Origin: an uncultured Zetaproteobacteria bacterium
GTDB lineage: Bacteria > Pseudomonadota > Zetaproteobacteria > Mariprofundales > Mariprofundaceae
Assembly (NCBI GenBank): GCA_964596375.1
Contig: CAZQTO010000001.1
Location: 916 to 64,915 of the forward strand
Direction: 5' to 3'
Length of the DNA stretch: 64,000 nt
Position 1 is the stretch's first letter. Each line of letters starts with the position of its first letter. A program made the position numbers and the translations under genes. Positions 37,317-45,246 of this stretch are shown here, piece by piece. Under the pieces are notes generated by a model. The model did no database searches. It had not been told where the DNA came from and saw only the letters and a program-made list of their open reading frames with translations.

Positions 37317-39400
37317 AACTGTTCAGGGAAGAAGGGTTAATACGCCTTCGATTGGAACGTGGCGACCGTTCCGTCAATGTGCTGGATGAGACTTGTCTAA
37401 GCGAACTGGAAGCGCAGCTGGATGCCCTTGAGAAAAAGCCGCCGCAGTTGCTGGTGTTCGAAAGCGGTATGCCTGGTTGTTTTGTCGCGGGTGCTGATGT
37501 GGATGTGATTGCCGCAGTCAGCGACGTGGCTGAGGCAACTCGTCTGGCTGAGCGTGGTCAGTCTCTTATGCGGCGCATCGAGGATTTGCCGTGCCCATCC
37601 ATCGCCGTGGTGGCCGGTGCCTGCATGGGTGGCGGTCTGGAGATGGCGCTGGCCTGCGATTATATCCTGGCGATACAGACCGCGAAAACGAGTATGGCGC
37701 TGCCGGAAATTAAGATCGGTATTCATCCCGGTTTCGGCGGGTGTGTGCGGCTGCCACGCAAGATCGGCTGGCTCAAGGCCTGCGATATGATTCTGAGCGG
37801 GCGCTCCGTCGATGCGGAGCAGGCGAAGCGTATGCGGCTTGCTGATCTTATGTGTTATCGCGAACAGCTTGCGGACGGTATTGCCCATCTGGCAGGACGA
37901 GGCAAGCGAAGGTTTGGCTCCATGCAACCCTGGTGGATGCATTTATGGCCGGCCCGCGCCGTATTCTTTGCCTTGTTGCGCAACAAGGTGCTGGGTCGTC
38001 TGAAACACCTTGATGTTGAAGAGGCTTATCCGGCTGTTCCGGCAACAGTCCGGGTATTGCGCGAAATTGCCGGCCTGGCAGAAGGGCAGGCATATGCTGT
38101 AGAGGCGGCTTCTTTGGGTCGATTGGCTGTCACGCCGACCTGCGCCAATCTGATTCGGGTATTTCATCTTGGGCAGGCGCTACAAAAACAGGATGCGGTC
38201 AAAAAGGGGAAGGAGCGTGCTGCACAGATAGATCGCGGCGCTGTATTCGGTGCTGGTGTGATGGGTAGCGGGATTGCCTGGGTAGCGGCAAAGGGTGTGC
38301 AGGTTGATTTGCACGATGTTAGCGATAAGGCCCTGGCCCGAGGACTTAAATCGCTGGCCTCGCTTGCCGGAAGGGATGCAAGCCGTATGACTCATATCCG
38401 GCCAGTGCTGGACAAGAACGGACTGGAGCATTGCCAGATGGTGATTGAGGCCGTTCTGGAGGAAATGGAGGTTAAAAACAGCCTTTGGCAGGAGGTGGCA
38501 GGGCGAGTGTCACGTGACACCTTGCTACTCAGCAACACATCTTCTCTGTCGATCAGCGCCATGCAGCGGGCAGTTAAATATCCAGGCCGTATGGCGGGCA
38601 TGCATTTCTTCAACCCGGCACCGAAGATGCCGCTGATTGAGGTGATCGCCGGTGAGAAAACCACGCAGAAAACCCTGCAAACAGTGGCTGCGATGGCGGC
38701 ATTCTGGGGGAAATATCCAGTTCTTGTAGCTGATCGCCCCGGCTTTCTCGTTAATCGTTGCCTGATGCCCTATATGGCAGCGGCCTTCGCACTATTGCGT
38801 CCGCAACAGGGAGCCGGGCAATCTGTAGAGCATATTGACGGTGCACTCAAACAGTTCGGCATGCCGATGGGAGCGTTTGAGCTGGCCGATCGTGTAGGCC
38901 TGGATATATGTCGGCATGTTGGTGAACACCTGTCGTCCGAACTGGGTTCGCAGCAGGCTCTTCCAGGCTGGTTGGCCTCTATGGTGGCCGATGGACTGCT
39001 GGGAGAGAAGTCGGGGCAAGGCTTTTTCCTGTGGAGGGATGGTAAACGGGAAAGTCTGAACCCGGCCCTGTCGAGCTATATCCCGACAGCCATACGAACA
39101 GAGAAGGAAGGCGATGCTTCGCTGTCCGATGCGGCACCACCGATGCCGTCTATGGATGTGGTCGATGCCTGCCTGCTACCGATGTTGGTCGAGGCGCTGG
39201 CATGTTTGCAGGAGGGGATTGTACAAAGTGCCGAGCATTTGGATGCGGCTATGGTATTCGGCATCGGCTTTCCTCCGTTTCGCGGTGGTTTGCTGCATCA
39301 CTATGCAGGTCTGGATGAGGTCCGGCTGCGCGAGCGGCTGAAACAGTTCGGTCTGCCGTTGCCCGGTAATCTCGATGTGTTGAAAAAGGGTGTCGGATGA
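37304..39400 (+). CDS. fadJ: fatty-acid oxidation complex alpha subunit (enoyl-CoA hydratase / 3-hydroxyacyl-CoA dehydrogenase), FadJ-like
   Basis: Start METVKLF at 37304, overlapping the thiolase end. Crotonase block FVAGADV...ACMGGGLEMALAC, then the NAD fold VFGAGVMGSGIA and the 3HCDH C-terminal domain. Confidence 0.9.
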   Translation: METVKLFREEGLIRLRLERGDRSVNVLDETCLSELEAQLDALEKKPPQLLVFESGMPGCFVAGADVDVIAAVSDVAEATRLAERGQSLMRRIEDLPCPSIAVVAGACMGGGLEMALACDYILAIQTAKTSMALPEIKIGIHPGFGGCVRLPRKIGWLKACDMILSGRSVDAEQAKRMRLADLMCYREQLADGIAHLAGRGKRRFGSMQPWWMHLWPARAVFFALLRNKVLGRLKHLDVEEAYPAVPATVRVLREIAGLAEGQAYAVEAASLGRLAVTPTCANLIRVFHLGQALQKQDAVKKGKERAAQIDRGAVFGAGVMGSGIAWVAAKGVQVDLHDVSDKALARGLKSLASLAGRDASRMTHIRPVLDKNGLEHCQMVIEAVLEEMEVKNSLWQEVAGRVSRDTLLLSNTSSLSISAMQRAVKYPGRMAGMHFFNPAPKMPLIEVIAGEKTTQKTLQTVAAMAAFWGKYPVLVADRPGFLVNRCLMPYMAAAFALLRPQQGAGQSVEHIDGALKQFGMPMGAFELADRVGLDICRHVGEHLSSELGSQQALPGWLASMVADGLLGEKSGQGFFLWRDGKRESLNPALSSYIPTAIRTEKEGDASLSDAAPPMPSMDVVDACLLPMLVEALACLQEGIVQSAEHLDAAMVFGIGFPPFRGGLLHHYAGLDEVRLRERLKQFGLPLPGNLDVLKKGVG

Positions 39401-41169
39401 GCGATTGCACTGGGCGCACGCGGGCGCTGGAAGCGACCAGTCTTTCCGAGATGCTCTTCGAAGGGCCGTTGGAATGGAGTGTGTGCCCCATGCTCGGATG
39501 GCGGGGGCCACAGGGTTGGCAATGGCTGAATCGCAGCGAGGTGCGGCAAAGGGTATTGCGTCTGGCACGTTGGATGCAGTCACTTGGCATCCGGCATGGC
39601 GACCGGGTGGGGCTCTTGGGACACAACAGTCCCGAATGGTGCATCGCTGATTTTGCTATTCTGCAAATCGGTGCGGTAACCGTACCGGCATATTTCACCG
39701 ACCCTTCTGAAGCAGTGCAGTATGTGTTTGAGGATGCCGGATGCAAAATGGTGTTTGTCGAGCCCGGTGAGCAGCAGGCCAAGCTGGATGCATCAACAGC
39801 ACCGGTTTTTGCCCTGCGTGGCGATGCAGGCATTACGCTGGAAACAGTTTGTTCCGATGCCTCTTATGATGAGGCAATCGATTTTCCGCCTGTGGGTAGA
39901 GATGATCTTGCTTCGCTGATTTACACCTCCGGCACAACAGGTAATCCCAAGGGGGTGATGCTGACGCACGGCAATATCCTTGCTGATGTCGCGGCAGGTC
40001 TTGGTGGTGTTCCCGTGTTCGAGAGCGACACCTTTCTTTCTTTCCTGCCGGTATCGCATGCTTTTGAACGTACGGTTGGACACTTCCTGCCCATCGCCTG
40101 TGGTGCGCGTATCGCCTATGCCGAGGATATCACCACCCTTTTGCGCGATATTCCCGAGGTGCAACCGACAGTGATGATTTCTGTCCCGCGCCTGTACGAA
40201 AAGATATACGCCGGTGTGCAGGAGAAACTGGTGCATGCCCCGGCCATCAAACAGAAATTATTTGCTCGGGCGCAGGCGCTTGGCATCAAACGTTTTGAGT
40301 TGCGTCGTGAGGGTGGTGATCTGCACGGCCTTGAGAAGCTGTCTTTTAGCATCCTGGACCATTTGGTTCATGCCAAGTTGCGCGCAAAAATGGGTGGTCG
40401 ACTGCGCCTGTTTATTTCCGGAGGGGCAGCGTTGCACCCGGATATCGCCCGCTTCCTCCTGGCTGCAGGGCTACCTGTTTGTCCGGGCTATGGTCTTTCC
40501 GAGGCCTCACCGGTGCTGACTGTGAATCCAGAAACACGCATTAAACCTGAAACGGTTGGGCCTGCACTTCCCGGTGTGGAGTTGCGGCTGGCCGACGATG
40601 GTGAATTGCTGGCGCGCGGCGAGATGGTGATGCAGGGCTATTGGCATAGGCCGGACGAAACCGCTGAGGTGTTGGATATCGACGGCTGGTTGCATACCGG
40701 CGATATCGTCGAAATGGATGATGAAGGTTATGTGCGCATTGTCGATCGCAAGAAGGAGTTGCTGGTGTTGTCCAATGGGGAGAAAGTGCCGCCGGCGCGG
40801 GTGGAGAGGCGGCTGGCTATTGATCCGACCATCCTGCATGCCATGCTGATCGGTGATCAACGACCGTATCTGACGGCCCTTGTGATGGCCGATGAGGAGC
40901 GGCTTGGGACCCATTGGCAGAAGGGAGAGGGGCGCGCGCTACCTTCCGACTGGAGAAGCAGTGCTGAAGTGAAAGCTTGGCTGTTGTCACGTATGCAAGC
41001 CGCCAGTCAGGATTTACCCAGCTTTATGCAGGTACGTTCTTTTGTATTTGTTGATGAAGAATGGACGCAGGCTTCCGGTATGCTGACCCCGACCCTTAAA
41101 TTCAAACGACGCAACATCATGCAGCGCCATCAGGCTGAAATCGATGCGATGTATGTTGATAAAGTTTAA
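39397..41169 (+). CDS. long-chain acyl-CoA synthetase (AMP-forming)
   Basis: AMP-binding motif IYTSGTTGNPKGVMLTH, plus YGLSE, GWLHTGDIVEMDDEGYVRIVDRKKE and PTLKFKRR. Exact start uncertain. Confidence 0.85.
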   Translation: MSDCTGRTRALEATSLSEMLFEGPLEWSVCPMLGWRGPQGWQWLNRSEVRQRVLRLARWMQSLGIRHGDRVGLLGHNSPEWCIADFAILQIGAVTVPAYFTDPSEAVQYVFEDAGCKMVFVEPGEQQAKLDASTAPVFALRGDAGITLETVCSDASYDEAIDFPPVGRDDLASLIYTSGTTGNPKGVMLTHGNILADVAAGLGGVPVFESDTFLSFLPVSHAFERTVGHFLPIACGARIAYAEDITTLLRDIPEVQPTVMISVPRLYEKIYAGVQEKLVHAPAIKQKLFARAQALGIKRFELRREGGDLHGLEKLSFSILDHLVHAKLRAKMGGRLRLFISGGAALHPDIARFLLAAGLPVCPGYGLSEASPVLTVNPETRIKPETVGPALPGVELRLADDGELLARGEMVMQGYWHRPDETAEVLDIDGWLHTGDIVEMDDEGYVRIVDRKKELLVLSNGEKVPPARVERRLAIDPTILHAMLIGDQRPYLTALVMADEERLGTHWQKGEGRALPSDWRSSAEVKAWLLSRMQAASQDLPSFMQVRSFVFVDEEWTQASGMLTPTLKFKRRNIMQRHQAEIDAMYVDKV

Positions 41170-41185
41170 AGGTGGTTTGTCAGGC

Positions 41186-41674
41186 TTAGTGTGTATCCAC
41201 GATGCGCTGAATCAGTGATGATGAGGAATATCCGCCGATGAACGGCATCACGATCACCTCGCCACCATTCGCGCGGACTTCTTTGGCACCGACGATTTCG
41301 CCCGGCTGATAATCACCACCCTTGACCAGAATATCCGGCAAGATTGCAGAGATCAGCTTGATCGGTGTTTTCTCTGAAAAGGGGACGACCAGATCAACAC
41401 AAGCCAGCGCTGCAAGCATGCAGGCCCGATCGGCCATGGGATTGATGGGGCGCAGCGGTCCTTTCAGGAGACGGACCGATTCATCGTCATTGAGGCCGAT
41501 AATCAGGACATCGCCCAGAGCACGAGCCCGTTGCAGATAATCGATATGCCCGGGATGCAGCAGGTCAAAGCAGCCATTGGTAAATACAATCCGCAGGCCT
41601 GAATTGCGCCAGGCTGTTGTGATCTCAAGCGCTTCGGCAAGCGATACGAATGATGAGGGCAAAAGCTTGCTCAA
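41186..41674 (-). CDS. hldC: D-glycero-beta-D-manno-heptose 1-phosphate adenylyltransferase (stand-alone HldE domain II)
   Basis: IVFTNGCFDLLHPGHIDYLQRARALGDVLIIGLNDDESVRLLKGPLRPINP...ILVKGGDY...GGEV closely parallels the E. coli HldE C-terminal domain. Confidence 0.85.
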   Translation of the reverse strand: MSKLLPSSFVSLAEALEITTAWRNSGLRIVFTNGCFDLLHPGHIDYLQRARALGDVLIIGLNDDESVRLLKGPLRPINPMADRACMLAALACVDLVVPFSEKTPIKLISAILPDILVKGGDYQPGEIVGAKEVRANGGEVIVMPFIGGYSSSSLIQRIVDTH

Positions 41675-41720
41675 GCTTATCCTTCAGGTGATGACAGGAG
41701 CAGTCGGGTACAGGGCTGCT

Positions 41721-42290
41721 TCACTGCTCTCCCTTGATGCGGAGAAGATTGACGATGCTGCTCACACCCTCGACCTCACCGGTAAGTGTGGCGGCGCGCA
41801 GGCGCTGCGAGGTGGTTGCAACAACCCCCTGCAGATACACTTTCCCTTCAACGGTTTCGACATGCACCGTGAAGCCGGAGATATCATCATCGTTGAATAG
41901 TTTTCTCTTGACGTTGCTCGTAATCAGCGTGTCGGAGAAAAGCTCGCGTGTCGGGGGTTTGCCGATGCGGATATGCGAACGCACCGATAAAACACCGCGA
42001 ATATGCTTGCAGATATAAATGGCACGGTCGATTTGTTCCTGCTCTGGCAGATAACCGGTTAGAACGACATTGCCGCGAATAACTTCGGCACTGATCCAAC
42101 GGGAGGGAAGGTCTTCTTCGGCAATCAGGCGCACATCGATCATCGAGGATATGGTGGCATCATCCAGATGTTGCCCCAGTGAACGTTCGTCCATGACGGT
42201 GCTACCCGCTGCGGCTCCACCGCCAGCGACGGCTGCAGCAAAGCAGCCTGAACAGCTGAGCAGCACGAGCAGTATGCCGGATGTGCGCAT
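41721..42290 (-). CDS. two-BON-domain lipoprotein (DolP/YraP-like)
   Basis: Start taken at MRTSGILLVLLSCSGC (lipobox). Two BON modules. Start uncertain; the ORF is open to 42440. Confidence 0.65.
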   Translation of the reverse strand: MRTSGILLVLLSCSGCFAAAVAGGGAAAGSTVMDERSLGQHLDDATISSMIDVRLIAEEDLPSRWISAEVIRGNVVLTGYLPEQEQIDRAIYICKHIRGVLSVRSHIRIGKPPTRELFSDTLITSNVKRKLFNDDDISGFTVHVETVEGKVYLQGVVATTSQRLRAATLTGEVEGVSSIVNLLRIKGEQ

Positions 42291-42459
42291 GACAGAACGG
42301 AAATTCCATTGGGTGGGCGGGCACATCATGCTTGAGGTGGATGGCTTCATCACGAGCTGGCCAAGTAGGCCAGAATGGCGAGAAATAACGCTAATATGAT
42401 CCAGCGGAAAACAGGTTTTCTCACGATTCTCTGATTCCATTCAAACCTCTCGTCATTGG

Positions 42460-43410
42460 TCATGCTTGCTCTCCCATCGCATCAATAACGGCAGCGAAGA
42501 GAAGAGGCAGAAGAATTTCGTCCGGTCCTGGCAGCCATATGCCGCGGCCACCGCTCTGCGACAGACGATCCACCACATTGGCAATGGCTGAAGGGCTGGC
42601 TGCAGGATCAATGACCACAGCGGTCAGCTTCTCGATGGTATGGCCCAGATTAATGGCTGCATCCGCAGCCTGCATGAAAAGGCGGGGAAGCACGACGCTG
42701 GAGGCAACGTTGATGATCACGCCTTCGCTGGCTTCGGCCATCATGGCTGCAAGCAGCCGGAATTCCATAAACCCTGTGGCGCCAAGCGATTCGCCATGCG
42801 CTGTCGGGTGAAGGTTGAAGGCATCCGCACCGATGGCCGGATGTACTGTAACAGGGACATTAAAGCGGACTGCTGTTGCCAGCACGCTTTGATCGAGATG
42901 AACCGGTTCCGCATCGAGCAATTTCTCGCCGACGCTGCGACCAATACCCCAGTTCTCAATGCCGCCGAAATTAATCGCCTCATTGATCAGGCGTCCGGTT
43001 TCATCTGTGATCAGAGAGCTTTTACCCGCCGCACCACGGTCATGGGCGCGCAGGGTGTGACCTGACAGGGCGATTTCCACATCCTGCAGCATGGCGGCAC
43101 CGGTGAGAACCAGTCCCGAAATCAGACGCTGTTCAATCAGGCGGACAAGAAGGGGGCTGAGTCCCGAGTCCATGACGTGTCCGCCACAGCCGAGAATGAT
43201 TGCTTTCTTCTTTCGATGTGCGGTCAGGATGGCATCACGCAGTTCAATCAGGTCACGCGTGGCTCCCAAGCCCGGAAGGCTGCAGAGGAAATCCGCAAAA
43301 CTGCCTGCGGCACGGTAGGGGGCTCCGAAGTCTTCACCATCGGCATCTGTCTGACGTTCGGCCAGCGGGACGGTTTTTAGTTTACTGAAAGACAATGGTT
43401 TCAGGTTCAT
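42460..43410 (-). CDS. conserved hypothetical, deoxyhypusine-synthase-like fold (tentative)
   Basis: 316 aa. ILGCGGHVMDSGLSPLLVRLIEQRLISGLVLTGAAMLQDVEIAL parallels the DHS block S-G-x-R-x8-V-x3-V-T-T-A-G-x-x-E-D. Its start overlaps the upstream SIS gene stop (ATGA). Confidence 0.35.
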   Translation of the reverse strand: MNLKPLSFSKLKTVPLAERQTDADGEDFGAPYRAAGSFADFLCSLPGLGATRDLIELRDAILTAHRKKKAIILGCGGHVMDSGLSPLLVRLIEQRLISGLVLTGAAMLQDVEIALSGHTLRAHDRGAAGKSSLITDETGRLINEAINFGGIENWGIGRSVGEKLLDAEPVHLDQSVLATAVRFNVPVTVHPAIGADAFNLHPTAHGESLGATGFMEFRLLAAMMAEASEGVIINVASSVVLPRLFMQAADAAINLGHTIEKLTAVVIDPAASPSAIANVVDRLSQSGGRGIWLPGPDEILLPLLFAAVIDAMGEQA

Positions 43411-44000
43411 GACTCATCTCCGTATAAAACATGGTCGATCAGGCTACACAGGATATGCAGGCAGGTAATATGCATTTCCTGAACACGCGCCGTGTTGGCA
43501 TGCGGGATATTTAGTAGTGTGTCGGTACCGGGATGAATTGCAAGTTTTCCACCATCCTTGCCTGTCAGGGCAATGACCTGCATGCCCTTGCTCGCAGCCG
43601 CCTGCACAGCCCGGATAACGCTGGGCGAATTGCCGCTTGTTGATATCGCCAGCAAAACGTCGCCTTTCGCTCCCAGTGCTTCCACCTGACGGGAGAAAAC
43701 CTCTTCGTAGGCACTGTCATTGGCAATGCTTGTCAGTATCGATGCATCGGTAGTCAGGGCAATGGATGCCAGACCCGGACGATCTATTTCAAAGCGGTTG
43801 ACTAATTCTGCGGCAAAATGCTGCGCATCGGCAGCAGATCCGCCGTTGCCGCAGGCCAGAATCTTTCGGCCTTTACGCAGGCAGGCAATCATGCAATCTG
43901 CGGCTTCCTTCAAGGGCGAAGCCAGCTCCGCAGCACAACGCTGGCGTAATTCGATGCCGTCAATAAGGCCCTGATGAATAATAGTTTGCATTGCGCGCAT
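43407..44000 (-). CDS. SIS-domain protein, phosphoheptose isomerase GmhA / DiaA family
   Basis: ILACGNGGSAADAQHFAAELVNRFEIDRPGLASIALTTD...ISTSGNSPSVIRAVQAAASKGMQVIALTGKDGGKLA...RVQEMH. It shows features of both GmhA and DiaA. Confidence 0.85.
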   Translation of the reverse strand: MRAMQTIIHQGLIDGIELRQRCAAELASPLKEAADCMIACLRKGRKILACGNGGSAADAQHFAAELVNRFEIDRPGLASIALTTDASILTSIANDSAYEEVFSRQVEALGAKGDVLLAISTSGNSPSVIRAVQAAASKGMQVIALTGKDGGKLAIHPGTDTLLNIPHANTARVQEMHITCLHILCSLIDHVLYGDES

Positions 44001-44010
44001 TGTAACCGCC

Positions 44011-44358
44011 TTACCTGAATACGTCCTGTAAATGTTCGATCTTGGGGAGCAATCTTCCGGGAGTGAGAATGATTAAATCAAAGCGACATTGCAAATGCTG
44101 ATATTCCGCATGATGTGCCAGCCATGCGCTTGCCGCTGAATGCAGTCGTTCCTGTTTGTCGGTGTGGACGGCCATTAAGCCTGCATCCCGGTTGGGGCGC
44201 AATTTGACCTCGACAAAAGCCACGATTCCATCTTTCATGGCCACGATATCAAGTTCGCCACGACCCAATCGGGCGTTCCGATCCAGAATATGGTAACCCT
44301 TCAATCGCAGGTGTCTTGCCGCCTTGTCTTCCGCTTTGCGTCCCTTTGCGGTACTCAT
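44011..44358 (-). CDS. yraN: YraN-family (UPF0102) endonuclease-like protein
   Basis: GRKAEDKAARHLRLKGYHILDRNARLGRGELDIVAMKDGIVAFVEVK. 115 aa. Confidence 0.85.
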   Translation of the reverse strand: MSTAKGRKAEDKAARHLRLKGYHILDRNARLGRGELDIVAMKDGIVAFVEVKLRPNRDAGLMAVHTDKQERLHSAASAWLAHHAEYQHLQCRFDLIILTPGRLLPKIEHLQDVFR

Positions 44359-44370
44359 GGCAAAAGAGAT

Positions 44371-45246
44371 TTATTCCTGCTGTCGGCTTGCTTCCAGCAG
44401 GAGGTCATACACCCGGGCGCGGGGCACATCCAGTTGCCGGGCGATTGATTTGGCCAATGCTGATGGAGACAGGCCTTCATCGCGTGCCAGCACCAGTGCC
44501 TCGCTGATATCCGCATCGCTGACTTCGCGTTTTACAGTTTCCGGTCCGATAAGCAGTACGATTTCGCCACGAATGGTTCCCTGCTCCATGGTTGCCCGTA
44601 TCTCAGGCAGGCTTCCACAGACGAAGGTTTCATAGAGCTTGGTCATTTCCCTGGCCACGCATGCCTGACGCGCATCGCCACATGCCTGGCGCAGGTCATC
44701 CAGGGTGTGCAACAGGCGATGCGGTGATTCAAGCAGGATGCGCGTGCATGTGGAACTGGCGATGCTTTCTATCTGCCGGCGCCTGGTTTTGCCGGAGCGG
44801 GCGAGAAATCCGTCGTAAGCAAAGCTGTCGGTGGGCAGGCCGCTGGCGCATAGGGCGGCAATCGGGCTGCACGCCCCGGGGATAGGAGTGACGCGAATGC
44901 CGCATTCGCGCAACTTGCTGACCAGCCTGTAGCCCGGGTCGTTGATCAGCGGTGTTCCTGCATCGGAAATAAGGGCAATGTTTTTTCCCTCTCTGATGGC
45001 TTCAAGCAGTTGCACAGCCTTTCTTTCCTCATTGTGTTCGTGACAGGCCAGAAGAGGCGTGGTGATGCCGTAGTGTTCGCACAGACGCCGGCTAATCCTC
45101 GTATCTTCAGCTGCAATCAGGTCGACCGATTTAAGTGTTTCAACGGCACGATAGGTCATGTCGGCAAGATTGCCGATCGGCGTGGCTACAATGAACAGTT
45201 GGCCGTTGTCGTCCTTGTCATTAGGCTGCGTTTCCATGTGCTTCAA
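44371..45246 (-). CDS. rsmI: 16S rRNA (cytidine1402-2'-O)-methyltransferase
   Basis: LFIVATPIGNLADMTYRAVETLKSVDLIAAEDTR...ALISDAGTPLINDPG. 291 aa. An alternative start is at 45237. Confidence 0.9.
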   Translation of the reverse strand: MKHMETQPNDKDDNGQLFIVATPIGNLADMTYRAVETLKSVDLIAAEDTRISRRLCEHYGITTPLLACHEHNEERKAVQLLEAIREGKNIALISDAGTPLINDPGYRLVSKLRECGIRVTPIPGACSPIAALCASGLPTDSFAYDGFLARSGKTRRRQIESIASSTCTRILLESPHRLLHTLDDLRQACGDARQACVAREMTKLYETFVCGSLPEIRATMEQGTIRGEIVLLIGPETVKREVSDADISEALVLARDEGLSPSALAKSIARQLDVPRARVYDLLLEASRQQE

